DNA from: Takakia lepidozioides
Taxonomy: Eukaryota > Plantae > Bryophyta
Assembly (NCBI GenBank): GCA_030704615.1
Contig: CM060731.1
Span: forward strand, 77,996,001 to 78,060,000
Length of the DNA: 64,000 nt
Direction: 5' to 3'
Part shown: positions 13,130 through 25,489 of the stretch, one piece after another
Layout of the letters: the number at the start of each line of letters is the position of its first letter
How positions within the stretch are numbered: position 1 is the stretch's first letter
The notes under the pieces: model-generated
What the model saw: only the letters and a program-made list of their open reading frames with translations
Database searches by the model: none
Told to the model about the DNA's origin: nothing
Made by a program: the position numbers and the translations under genes

Positions 13130-16100
13130 GCTTAGCTAGATATCGTTGATGAAACTCTCGAACTTTGTCAGATGCATTGGCAAGGTTGGATGAAGGTTCT
13201 CACGTTCGTTCGTTCGTTGACGTCGTAGCCGTTCTAATGTACGAAATACTCAAGACGTTTATACTTGATGCGAGAGTCTAGGACTTCGTCGACTTCGTAC
13301 TCGATTTTCTGATTGACTTCGATTGGTGGAGGTGGTATGGAAACTCTCCCTGGAATATTCGATGGATGATACAACTCCAATAATGAAACATGAAAGACTG
13401 GATGGATGCGCATACTTCGTGGGAGTTCAAACCGAAAACTGATAGGATTTATTTGTCGAATAATTTTGAATGGTCTTAGGCGTTGATAATCCAACTTCCT
13501 TGATGGTCGCGAGGTTTGTATGTCCCGTCAAAAAAGCCACACACGATCTCCGACCTTGAACTAGGATTGAAGTTGTCGATGTTGATCTGCATATTCCTTG
13601 TATTGTTTTTTAGCTTCTGCTAGGTGGAATATAAACTCATTGTGAATCGTAGCAAGATGAGTAGCAAGGTTTTCTGTAGCAAGGCTTCCAACAGTCTTCA
13701 TGTGGAAAGGGTTTGCTCGAGGATGATGACCATAATTGGAGAAAAATGAAGTTTGTTTGGTCGAAGAATATATAGTGTTGTTGTAAGCAAATTCAGCCAA
13801 GGGCAGAAGGTCCGTCCAATTATTTTGGTGATAATTTATCGTACAGCGAAGATACTGCTCCAAAATTTGGTTTACGCGTTCGGTTTGACCATCAGTCTGT
13901 GGATGATTAGTTGTAGAAAGGTTGATCTTAGTATCCAATATGTGAAATAATCCTCTCCAGAAATTTGATATGAACTGTGGTCATCGATCAGATCAATGTC
14001 CTCCGGGAGTCCATGAATGCGGAAGATATTATTGAGGAAGAGTCTTGCAGTTTCCTCACCTGTAACCGTCTTATTACATAGAATGAAATGTGTCATCTTC
14101 ATAAAGGATAATAACAAGGACAATAACAAGGATTGAGTCGGTGGTCTTGGAAATTGGAAGGTCCGTAATAAAGTCCATAGACAAGGACAACCATGGACCC
14201 TTGAGAATGGGTAATGGTTGAAGAAGGCCGTAAGGTCGATGTCGTGGTCCCTTCATTCTAGCACGCGTGTCACAAGATTTTATAAATTCTTTCACAAGTT
14301 TCCACATCTGCGGCCACCAATAGTCTCTAGATATCAATTTCATTGTTTTGTTGAAGCCGAAATGTCATGCAGCCGGAAGATCATGACAAGTTTGAATAAT
14401 TGAAAGTCGTGTAGATCCTGGAGGTACATAGAGAAGTCCCTTGAAATAAAGTATATCATCTTTGAATTCGAAGTCGTTTGTAACATGTGGGTTGTCTCGA
14501 GGTCGATTTAGTTAACTTCGTACTGTCGTAGCAAGCTCTTCAGTGCTTCCTGAATCTCTTTTATGATCTCTGCATTGTCATAGGTGGATATGGATAGCAT
14601 ATTCAATTGGAGGTTTGCTGGTTTTAAGATGATGGATTTCTATTGGTCGAAAGCTGTCTCCCTTTTTTTCGGCGCAAGATACGATCGTCGAGAAAGAGCA
14701 TCGGGTTTCCCTTGAAGATGTCCGGGGGCGATAGGTAATAACAAAATCAAACCTTGCTAGTGACATACCCCATCTTGTTTGACGTCGATTCAAAACACGA
14801 GCACTCATAAAATATTCGAGGTTTTTGTGATCGATGTAGACAGTAACCTGATGTTTAGCTCTCTCTAATAGATGATGCCATTCCTCAAAAACATCGATGA
14901 TCGCTAGAAGATCTTTGTCATGGATTCACAATTGATCTCTGCAACGGAAAAATTTGCGAGAACGAAAACCAACAGGGTGAAGTCGGTCATCTATACCGTA
15001 TTGAGATAGTATAGCGCCAAGTACGAAGTTCGATGCATCTGCTTCCAAAAAGAATATTTTAGATGGATCTGCATATACTAGTGTTGGAGCCGTTGTAAAT
15101 GTCTGCTTCAACCTTTCAGATGTCTGGTCAGCCTTCTCGTCCCACACAAATTTTTCTTTTCATGTGAGTCGTGTCAATGGTGTAGCAATTGCCAATTTTG
15201 GAGTAGTCATTGATGAAGATTCTATAGAAATTTGCAAAACCCAGGAAACATTGTACATCTCGGACGGAAATTGGTTTACTCCACTCGATGATAGTTTGTA
15301 TTTTCTTCTGATCCATAAAGACGCATTTGTCGGAAATAATGTAGCTCATAAATTCGACCTTAGATTCATAGAAAAGATGTTTTTCCAACTTGACATATAA
15401 TCTTCTTTCTCTTAATTTATCAAGGACCAGGCGTACATGACGGTCATGTTCTTATTCATTCTGTGAAAATATCAAAATGTCGTCCAAATAGATGACTACA
15501 AAGTCATCTAAAAATTCTCGAAAGATATCATTCATCATATGCTGAAAAATTGTTGGAGCATTTGTAAGACCGAAAGGCATAACACTGTATTCAGAATGTC
15601 CATACCTTGTTCGAAAAATTGTTTTCCATTCGTCTCCTTCTTTTATCCGTACAAGGTTATAAGCTCATCTCAAGTCAATTTTGGTGAAAAATTTTGTTCG
15701 TCCAGCTGGTCGAGAAGCCCAGAAATCAGCGGCAACGGATAACGATTCTTAATTGTGTCTTTGTTAAGACCGCGATAGTCTACACACATGCGTAATGATC
15801 CGTTCTTCTTTTTCACAAACAAGATAGGTGCCCCCGCAAGTGATTTTGAATGTCGGATGAAGTATTTCGACAAATTTTCATCAACATATTCACGTAATGC
15901 AGCCAACTAGTTATAGATTGGGCCGAATGGTGGTTAGGCTTCTTCTTGTAACTCAATTGCACAGTCGCAATATGTCTGCATTTTTCTACTCAAAGACATC
16001 CTTGAAATCTTGATATTGAGTGGGTAATGTTGAAGTACATTTGTCTGTTGTGGTCTTGATCGGAGTCGCATAAAGTGCAAATGCCGCATTATTTTTGGTA

Positions 16101-17631
16101 GCTCTCATGAAAGCTCTAGCTCCAAGGAACAGGGGTTGAATACCTTTGATATTTCTACATTTTGTCTTGCAGAAATTTTTCGCATCGCCAGTTGATGTCA
16201 GGATTGTAAAGTACGAACCAGAGAGGTCCAAGGATCACAAGATTCGTTGGAGACTGGATAACATTGAAAACAACATGTGATGCTTGATCTTTAAGCTTCA
16301 CTTCAAGTGGTCGAGTTTCATGATCAACATCTCCTGATGCTAACGGTCGTCCATCGATGACTTCAACGGGGGCCGAGAGTTTCTTCTTTACTAGCGTTAA
16401 ATTGTGTTGCTTCGCAAAGTTTTTGTTAATAAAACTTGCTGAAGCCCTTGAGTCCAAAAGTGCATCAACAGATATATCTCGATTTTGCGCTCTGATTTTT
16501 ACCGGAACTGTGAAGCAAGGTTCAGGGTCTGGAATTATAAAGAAATTTTTTTTCGGTGAGGAATTTGTGGTGTTCAGCCGCATGGTCCATATTATGACTG
16601 GATATCTTCGTTTCCGACCTCCTCGTATCGAACACTTGAGTTGCGCCCCGAGTTTTGAATCTTCTCTTGTTGGGGCAGTTAAATGTTATGTGATCTTCTT
16701 CTCCGTAATAGAGGCATAATCCATTTGAACGTCGTCTTTGTTTTTCTTGTGGCGTCAATGGCTTGAATCGGACAGCATCAATCTGCATAAGATCACTACC
16801 GGATGTCTGATGGATCATTGTGTTTGGTGCCGTAATAGCAGCGGCATGATGCGTCAACAACCATCTAGATCGTTTCTCTTGACGTCTTTCGAACAAACGA
16901 TTATCGTATGCAATGACTTGGGTGATGAATTCGCTTAATGTGCTCGCGTTTGGCATTGTCAGCAACAAATCTTTTACATCATGTTTTAGCCCACATCGAA
17001 ACTGACTAATAAGGCTCTTTTCATTTCAGTAGAGGTCGCACGCAAGTTGTCGAAATTCGGCATCATAAACGAAAGAAGGACGTGCTCATTATAAAAGATT
17101 TCGCATCTTTGTCTCTGCAACTCTCTCTCTATCATTCTCTCCAAACATTGCAGTGAACTCGGACATGAACGCTTCAAAATTGTATAGTAAATGCGATTTT
17201 TTCTTCTTCTAATAACGGTGTAAATCAAGATAGGGCAGTGCTTTATAGAAGGGTGCCCACGAATCCCACTTGAATACCTTCATCGGGGTAGCGTTATAGA
17301 TGTAGTCGTATGAACATTCGTATTTGTTGAACAAAACCGCAAAATCTTAATCTCGTCCCATCAAATTTCTCGGGCATGCTGATATTTGATCTCTCGTAAT
17401 TTGTTGAAGAGGAACCGTTGCAGTAGGAGCTGGTGCAGTAGGGACTCGTATGGTTGAAGATCCATTGTTCGACTCTTTTAAGTCTGAAATTTGTTGTTGC
17501 AAATTGTAGAGAATGTTGCCAAGATCTTGAGACTGATCAGCTTGTAATTGGGCGGTAGAGGTACGAAGTTCTTGCATCTGGAGCTGAAGACTCTACAATG
17601 TGGCCACCATTTCCGCAAATGTGTCTTCCAT
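13130..17631 (-). pseudogene. gag-pol (Gag zinc knuckle, protease, RT, RNase H, integrase, chromodomain)
   Basis: CLYYGEEDHITFNCP knuckle, ALLDSRAS protease, [11 protein letters not shown] and YLDD RT, LEADASNFVLGAILSQ RNase H, LSMDFITDLP / HPQTDGQTERVN integrase, EYEVDEVLDSR chromodomain. Many frameshifts. Confidence 0.95.
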
Positions 17632-17657
17632 CTTAACTAACTAATGCAACAAACTTT

Positions 17658-17670
17658 AGTCTCGCCAAAC
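17658..17670 (-). promoter_or_regulatory. Self-priming primer-binding site
   Basis: Minus-strand TTGGCGAGACT just after the 5' LTR is complementary to AGTCTCGCCAA (17930-17920, minus), which lies ~31 nt downstream of the LTR TATA box (17954-17961). Confidence 0.75.
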
Positions 17671-18268
17671 TGTCAAGGATGAGAACATGACTGAACACAA
17701 ACAAGATATCAGACTAGAGGTACAAGACTAAACAAAAAGTCAAGGTCGGCGTGACCGAATGCATGATGGGTAAACATCTATCAAAATGATCTTTATAACA
17801 ATGGACAAGAGTACAAAATAACGGAACTCGACTCGAATACTGGAATATTGGAAACTGAACTAGAATAGGAAGCTGAACTGGAGTATTGGGACTGGGAACA
17901 AGAGTAGCTTGAACTTGTATTGGCGAGACTGAAGAATGTCCAGTCTCGCCTCCTATATATACTGGCTACTAGGAAATTCCATAAGAAGCTTTCTCAATGG
18001 AGGTTTTTTGATGGAGAAGTTTCCTTAAACAAAGATTTCTTGAGGGAGAAGTTTCCTTAAACAAATGACGTATCTTGATGGAGAAGTTTCCTCCAAAGGA
18101 AATTTCCTGAGCAGTTTTCCAAGTTACTCTCGATAATTTGATAAACTCCCGGTAATTTGATAACTTATGGTAACTATGGTAAATTATGGTAGATCATAGT
18201 AACTTTTGATAACTTGATAACTTTTGATATTTACTCCTGGTAAGTTCCTCTGAGCTATGTCTGTGACA
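17671..18268 (-). repeat. 5' LTR of the Tcn1-like element
   Basis: TGTCAAGGATGAGAACATG...CTATGTCTGTGACA; contains TATATATA and the GGCGAGACTG/CAGTCTCGCC hairpin. Confidence 0.95.
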
Positions 18269-18808
18269 AAACATACATATGATTATGTCTATGTGTACAC
18301 TTCAAAAAAGTAGTGTATTCATGGATGAAGGCACGGTATACCGTGCTATGTCACGTGGCATCGCGCCACGCTGCGCTGGACCACGTAACACTGTTTTTTT
18401 TTAAAAAGTTAATTAGTATGTATGATATATGTATTTTTTTATATACAATAAAAACATGATATGTACACATATGTAGTTAATAGCTATATTGGTTAATGTG
18501 TAGTGTAGTAGAAGTGATATTCAAGTGGTCAAAGCTTTATCCTCCACATACAATTAGATAAATTACTATGACTAATAAGATATGAATGATTAGCATATGG
18601 GAGCTCTAGGTGATCGACATGTGGTTAAAATAAATAATTTTTTAAAATAAAGAATGCCACATGGCGCGGCGCGGCCCGTCATGTGCAGTAGGAATTGTTT
18701 TGAAAAAATACTTAAAACATATATTTTTAAAAAAAAACTTGATGAGTTGCGCATCGCTTGGTGCAACAATTTGAATATTAATTTATTCTCTATTCATGAT
18801 ACTAATGT

Positions 18809-20570
18809 TTGACCCTTCAACTCATGGTTTTGGACGAAGTATCTCTCATTGGCAACATAATGCTTACGTTTGCATACATGAAATTAAGGTCAATCGAACG
18901 CATATACTATCATTTTTTTGGAAACCTAGATGTCATCATTACTAGAGATTTTCATCAAGCACCACATGTGAGAGAAATAAATGTAGGACCAGCTTCATTA
19001 GCTCAAAAAATTTGGCATGATTTTATTACATGTTATGACCTAAACCAAATTATGCGTCAATCAGATACCCAGTTCATAGATATATTGAATCGATTAAGAA
19101 CAGCCACACAAACATAAGATGATATACATGTTATTAACAATCAGTGTTGTCGTCCACCATCTAACAATTCTACATTTCCATATTTGTATTATACGAACAA
19201 AGAAATGTTAAGGCACAATGAAAAAATATTCAAACAAACAATCGGACAAATCTATATATTTCAAGCTGTTGATAAACATCACGATATATGCCTTTCTAAT
19301 TTCAAATTGCTGGATAATGCCAATTCCACAACGGGTTTGCATACAACGATTCATATTAAGAAAGATAGGTTAGTAGAATTGTGCGCATGAAATTATGCAA
19401 CACATGATGGACTTGTGAACGGAGCCGATGGAATTTTTAAACATTTCTCTGTTTTGTCAAATTCAACTATTTTAATATGGATCCAACTTAATAACCCGAA
19501 ATCAGGAATTGCTACGTGTGCATTATATATATATAATCAAGAGGATATAAAAACCATGCCAAATTGTTCGTTATGGACGCCAATCCAACCAGTTTCAAAA
19601 GAAATACAAATATGATCTAATACAAAACATATCATCACCAGAACCCAATTTCCAATTCAATTGGCTTCTGCTCGAACTATCCATTGTTCCCAATTATTAA
19701 CTTTGGATTATTTAGCGTTCGACCCTAAGGGTATAAAAAAAACATGGTTTAACATACACACACTTTCGCGCATTCGACCAAAAACAAATTTACATCTTAT
19801 CACACCTTTGCAATCAAACAATTTGCATGTTGATAATGGCGTTGCCGACGAAATGCAACGGTTTCATACTTCTGCTCGTTGGCAACTATTAATTCCCATT
19901 CTCATGTTATAGATAATCAAACATCATTGTGCAATCTTTGAACACTAGATCGTTGTCGTTACATAAAGAGGATGTTTTTTCCAACTTTAATATACAATAA
20001 TCTCATACAATGTGCTTTAAGGAAACTCACTTCAATCCAACAAATTCAAACATTGAATTGTTCTTTAATACTACATTGTACTCTTATCTAGCGGTTCATG
20101 CAAGCCATGAAATACTTGTATTATACGACCATACTATGTCATTAGCATCAAATCAAATACTTTCAAATGAAGGTGCTAAATATATAGCTGCACCATTTAA
20201 TTTGAATACCAGGAAAACAATTCACATAATTGCGGTCCATAAACCTCCAACACTACAATTAACTATTTTTTATCTTCTCTCAAAAAGTTCATTGATAATA
20301 TCCTACAAACATGTCCAACAATAATAATAGGGGATTTTAATGTAGATCTTTTACAAAATAATACCATAACAACAAATCAATTGTAAAAGTTCATGTCTTT
20401 TTTTCACATGCAACTACAATTCTCAATTAGTACTACTATCTATGGATCTCAACTAGACCATGTTTGGACAAATGCACCTCATCAACACTGCAATATCTGG
20501 CATTACAGAATCATAATATGGGACGGACCATAAACCTATATTTTTTGCTTTTAAATTACCTAATTACATT
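18809..20570 (+). pseudogene. Helentron PIF1-like helicase followed by an EEP/AP-endonuclease domain
   Basis: Helicase motifs LMVLDEVSLIG, FFGNLDVIITRDFHQAPHV, IMRQSD..FIDILNRLR, GLVNGADG, RTQFPIQLASARTIHCSQ. Then EEP motifs SLNTRSL, CFKETH, IIGDFNVD, SQLDHVWTN, TDHKPI. Confidence 0.9.
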
Positions 20571-20997
20571 CCTTGCTACCAACGTATATCATAATAATAC
20601 TCTAATAGGTACTCACCATAAGGAGGAGCCACTACGCGACGAGCCGCTTGTTACAATCTCAAGGCTTCTACAATTATGTAGTATGTTTTGATTGAATGTG
20701 AAAGAATAAAAATTGGATTCCATTTGTGACATACAAGTTACAACCTCATGTCCCATGTTTTCTTTTGTTTCATTCACATGCCATGTTTTCTTACAAACTT
20801 GCAGTCACACATTGTCATATATTCACACCTTTAATGTATTTATGATAACTCGTGGATTCTAGAGAGTCATGCATCATGCCACAACTCTAATATATATATC
20901 ATCCAATAATTGCAAGGGTCTTCCAAGACTAATCTATTTTTAAGTGCCCATTATTCGTTTAGGTATTCACTTATTGAAGCCTATAATACATTGTTGA

Positions 20998-21247
20998 AGG
21001 GCACTAGCGGTCCCAAATTTATTAGAACTTTTGGAACATATATGGGACCGCCAGTGCTGATTTAATTTAAATATTTTTTAAACATATCAGGATGAAAGTT
21101 AAATTAATATATTTTGAAAATATAACCATACCGCGAGCTGTGACGGTCCCAATTCAATCTACATATTTTATATTATAAAACGGGACGCCAGCACTGGTGG
21201 TCCTAATTTGATTTATATATACTTCAAATATATCGGGACCGTCAGCA
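20998..21247. repeat. Second array of the GGGACC..GGTCCC palindromic unit
   Basis: GGGACCGCCAGTGCTG, GAGCTGTGACGGTCCC, GGGACGCCAGCACTGGTGGTCC and GGGACCGTCAGC share the core seen at 9254-9735. Confidence 0.6.
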
Positions 21248-21383
21248 TAATCCAAAATTGTAAGCTTTAATGCATTGTTGTTACCAAATATAGCATTTTT
21301 TTCCATATTTAATAATTATTTACAATTATTTATCAGATGTCCAGATTTCACACTTTTGTCCACATTTACTTAAAATGGTGTTT

Positions 21384-22105
21384 ATTGTTTGAAATGCCAC
21401 CTTTTCATGCGGAAGGTCTTGGAATTTGGAGCTATTTTATGTGTCTGGTGTCTAGGACCATTGATTCTTCATATTTGGAGGTTCATTTTTTTGCAACATT
21501 ATATCAAATTATCGTTAAATTAGATTTTTTTAATATTTATATTTTAATTCCACATACTTTTTCTTTTCTTAAAACATATTGCTTATAATGGGTCCTCCGA
21601 ATGCCGAAGGTCCATCATGGGATTAATTTCCACACAAGATTCGGAAAAGATTCCTATATGATCTGAGACTTTCTTAATTTACTTCAGGTTTGTCGTGTGT
21701 CCTTTATACGATTTTTCTGGGATTTTTGATGTACCTGCTTTCTATATATTGTTTGAAATGCCACTTTTTAATGCGGAAGGTCTTGGAATTTGGAGCTCTA
21801 TTATGTGTATGGTGTCTAGGGCCACTGAACCTGAGATTCACTTTCTTACAACATTATATCAAATTATCGTTGAATTGGATTTATTTTTTGTGTTTCTATT
21901 TAAATTTCCACCTCTATGTATAAATTTTTTTTAAACGAATTATTTTTAATGAGACCTTCGAATGCCGAAGGTCCATCATGGGGTTAATTTTCCCAGAAGA
22001 TTCGTAGAAGATTCCTAGAAAATTGTTATGATCTGAGATTTTTTTAATTTACTTCAGGTTCGTCGTTTGTCCTTATACGTTTTTTTCTATATACCTGCTT
22101 TCTAT
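21384..22105 (+). repeat. Tandem duplication, 2 copies of a ~345-360 bp unit
   Basis: TTGTTTGAAATGCCAC...GCGGAAGGTCTTGGAATTTGGAGC at ~21385 and ~21749; ATGCCGAAGGTCCATCATGG at 21601 and 21962. Confidence 0.9.
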
Positions 22106-23709
22106 GGAATTTCGCATTCTTGAAATATTATATATATTTATTGTAGAACTGTTTGTTATTTTTTTTATAAATTACTTTTTATATTTAATTGTCATATGTA
22201 ATAAATATATTTACTAATCACTTTTATTAAATAGATATTATTTTGAAAGTGTATTACTGGTTCATTATTATTTTGATTTTTCCTCATTTTCGTCGCCACA
22301 TGTGTTGTGGGTCACATCCGCCATCAAGAGGATGTCACATTTAATTCCGCGGATTCAATTTCCTAATTGATTGTGGGCCGGTGGGAAAGGATATATTAAG
22401 CACTTGTTGCCCTACCTTATCCAGAGGGACCAACCCCACTTTTTCTGCTTACCTTACGTAGAGAAATGTGATGTCTCTAAATCATGTTATGCTCTAGGAA
22501 GCAAATGTAACCCTACTAGTACTGTGTCAGGAGAGCAGAGTTTTGGAGGTGGCTATCAGAAATGTGGTGGCCATGTTTGTTCTCGAGAAATGGATGAGGT
22601 GATGTTAACTTTTTCACTTTGTATAATTATCTTTTACCCCTGCTCTGTTGTTAGAGCAGCCTATAGTTTAGGGCTTCTTTGCCCGTCTTGAGCACCTGGA
22701 GAAGGCCGCTGGAGTAGTCCGCGTTGTGCGTATATGCGAGTATATGTGAGTTTGGTTGCAAAGGCGTTGAGCATCGACGGAGTTGTTTTTGTTCTTTCTC
22801 GTTATGTGCACTTTTGCTTTTGCGAGTTTGTTTGAAGTCCTTGAGTATCGCAGCTGATGAACTTTTTTGTCATAAGCTGCACGGTTGCTTTTTAAGTTTG
22901 CTTCTCGTAAGCTACACGTTAGAGGTTGCGTTTCTAGGTTTGCTTTCTTCGTTTGCTACTCCTAAGCATCTCACTGCAGCTTGTTTTGCTTTCTATATTT
23001 GCTTTCTAGGTTTGCTACAGCTCGTTTTGTTTTTGCTTATTTGGGTCTGTCATGCGGACACAAGTTAGAGAGAGAGTGCAAAAGTGTTGAGGGAGAGAAC
23101 CACAGATAGAATGTAGAAGAATGATGAAACATAATAAGGTGGGAGATGCACTCACATCTTTACTTAGCCACTGGTGAGAATGAAGTCTTTTACCAATTCT
23201 ATGCGTTCTTCCTCCTTGTTTGGCATGCTTGGTTTTTTCTATATGCTTGCTACTCCACTTCTGAATAGTACTGAATCCTTAAGATGGGTCCTTTGTTTAC
23301 TATTTCATAAAACTCCGAGAGCCTAACCGAATGCGTTCTACTAAGCCACAGTAGTTGTTTTACTTTTTCGTTTGTTTATGCTTGCTTCTGGGCTTTGATT
23401 GTGTGCAGGATGCAGAGGGGGGCGAGAATTTCTCCCTCTTGTCAGACGAAGGCCTTAGCAACCTCCTGGAGAGAACGGACATCCTGCAAAATTCTTTGAT
23501 TCTATTTCCAATTCCAGATGATGGTGAGCATGGAACAATGGAGGAAGACGAGGACCTGTACTCCTTACGTCGATCGAGCGTTGTTGCCGACGACAAGTGA
23601 GCTGGGGCTGGTACATCTGGCGGCTCCGTCAAAGAAGGGCATCGCGGGTGGGAAGGGGGTACAGTAACAACAGTCGGACTCAGAGGTTCAATGTTTTGCG
23701 GCTCCCTGA

Positions 23710-25489
23710 AGCAACTTGTCATCAGGCCCAATGTGATTGTGCAGTATAGCCCTGGAGCTTCTGTGACGGTTTATACGATGGACTTGACATAAGTACAAAT
23801 AGCGAAATGGCATAGAAAGATAGTCCGTCACCTGAAACCACCACGTCTCTTTGGACAACCACTTGTCCATAATCTTGTTGGTGATTTTCCCATCAGTTTC
23901 TGGAAAGTGGGCTTCTGTCTACTGGGCAAGTGGTGCAATATGAAGCTTCAACCACCGCTGCTTCTCCTATGGGGATACTTCGGAAGTTGCAATTAGGTAC
24001 GTTCTCTCCAATCCCACTCTCCCCCCCCCCCCCTCCTGGCAAGTCTGTAGGGTTGGCAGAAACTCTGAGCCATTGGCTAGATCGCAAATGGGCAGCTTTT
24101 TGGCCATTTGCTTGGATCAGGCCTTTGCTTTAGGCAACATTTTTAGCTGCAACAATGGCAATGGCCATTCCCTCGCGGTTCCTCTCTTCTTCAGGGGTTT
24201 CCGCTTGATACCTGATCTTTGCTTGTGCAATTGCCTTCATTATGTCCCCATACATGCAAATCAACCAATCTTTATAAGCATCCTTCTTATGCATATACAT
24301 ATGTGATTCCAACCGACCGGAAAGCCACAAAGGTGAAAGGGTAGGGGGTACTTACATGGGCTAGAATCTCGATCATAGCCTCTTGTGCCATGGTATACCA
24401 TGTCTTCCCTGGTTCCTTCGCCAAAGACTTGTCATAGTGGCGTTTGGTGAGGAGCCCTTTGTATCGCTCCAAAGGGCTTGGGCCGATCATTTGGATGTAC
24501 CAGAGCTTGTGAATATCATCGGTCTTCACGAACCGCTTCTCATTAATGCTGCAAACAAGACACGTAATTCGTATTAGTTTTCATCTACAATCATGTTGAA
24601 TGTACATTTGGAATTCCATTTCATTTCATGTCAATGTTAATTCAACAAGCAGATTAGTTGCATTACGCATTTGTTTGGAACATGGCAGCTTTGAGCATGC
24701 CGATAGTGCTGGGCTGGCATCGCAAATTCTTGGCTTGCACTCACACATGCCATGGTTTGTAATTTGTCGTCAAGGTGTTGATGAGCTTCAACCAAGTGTG
24801 CAAGCGGTGGTTACCATCCACACGTAGAACATCCAATTCTTCAACCATGCCCAATTTGCATCCGCTTCACAATTTGCATCAAACTCGTTGCTAACATGTT
24901 GCCAGTGTGCACTCCACCCTCCTTAGATCTCATCCGTCACCAACGCGGGATTTTCCAGCTCTTCTATAGGGGCCAAAAAGAAGTATCCACGACCTTCCAC
25001 ATATTACCCATTTGTTAAGAAATACTCTCTCAATGCATCCCCTGCATTCTCCCCAACTATTGGCCTACTTTTGGGATTCAATATCATTTTGCAAATAGGC
25101 GCAATTGGAGGCAGGGTGGGTTTAGTAATTGCCAGTTTATTCACAACGGACTGCAGGTTTTCAGCATTGTGATCATGAAGGACCTGTAACTACTTCATAG
25201 CATCAACCTGCTCCAACTGTTCATCTGTTAAAGAAGCAAGCGCTTGAGGGTTAGGAGGCCCCCGCCCCCCCCCTTTCCTAATCATTGTACAAGGAATGGG
25301 TTGTTGTTGTTTCTCTAAGGAGTGTATGATGGAAATAGGTTGTTGTAGAGGCTATGGACCTGTTCCTAAAGATCAGAGCAGATACAGATGAGGGGGGTAC
25401 ACATGCATTGGAGCAGTGGATTCTGGAATGGAAAATGAAGGCGTACAAAAAATTATTCAATCCGGAGATCGAGTCCCATCGCTGGACAT
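23710..25489 (-). pseudogene. ParB/Srx-like domain protein, spliced, decayed
   Basis: Minus-strand translation ...GDALREYFLTNG*YVEGRGYFFL...WMFYV(W)DGNHRLHTWLKLI..., with DGNHR at 24804-24818. Phase-consistent intron at ~24549-24666. C-to-T-type stops and frameshifts. Breaks off after ...WWFQVTD...PDDKLLQ. Confidence 0.65.

Larger units (their letters stand above)
11924..18268 (-). mobile_element. Ty3/gypsy chromovirus, Tcn1-like, full length but decayed
   Basis: Direct TG...CA LTRs at 11924-12514 and 17671-18268, PPT at 12515-12530. Gag-PR-RT-RH-INT-chromodomain fragments on the minus strand and a non-tRNA PBS. Confidence 0.95.
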
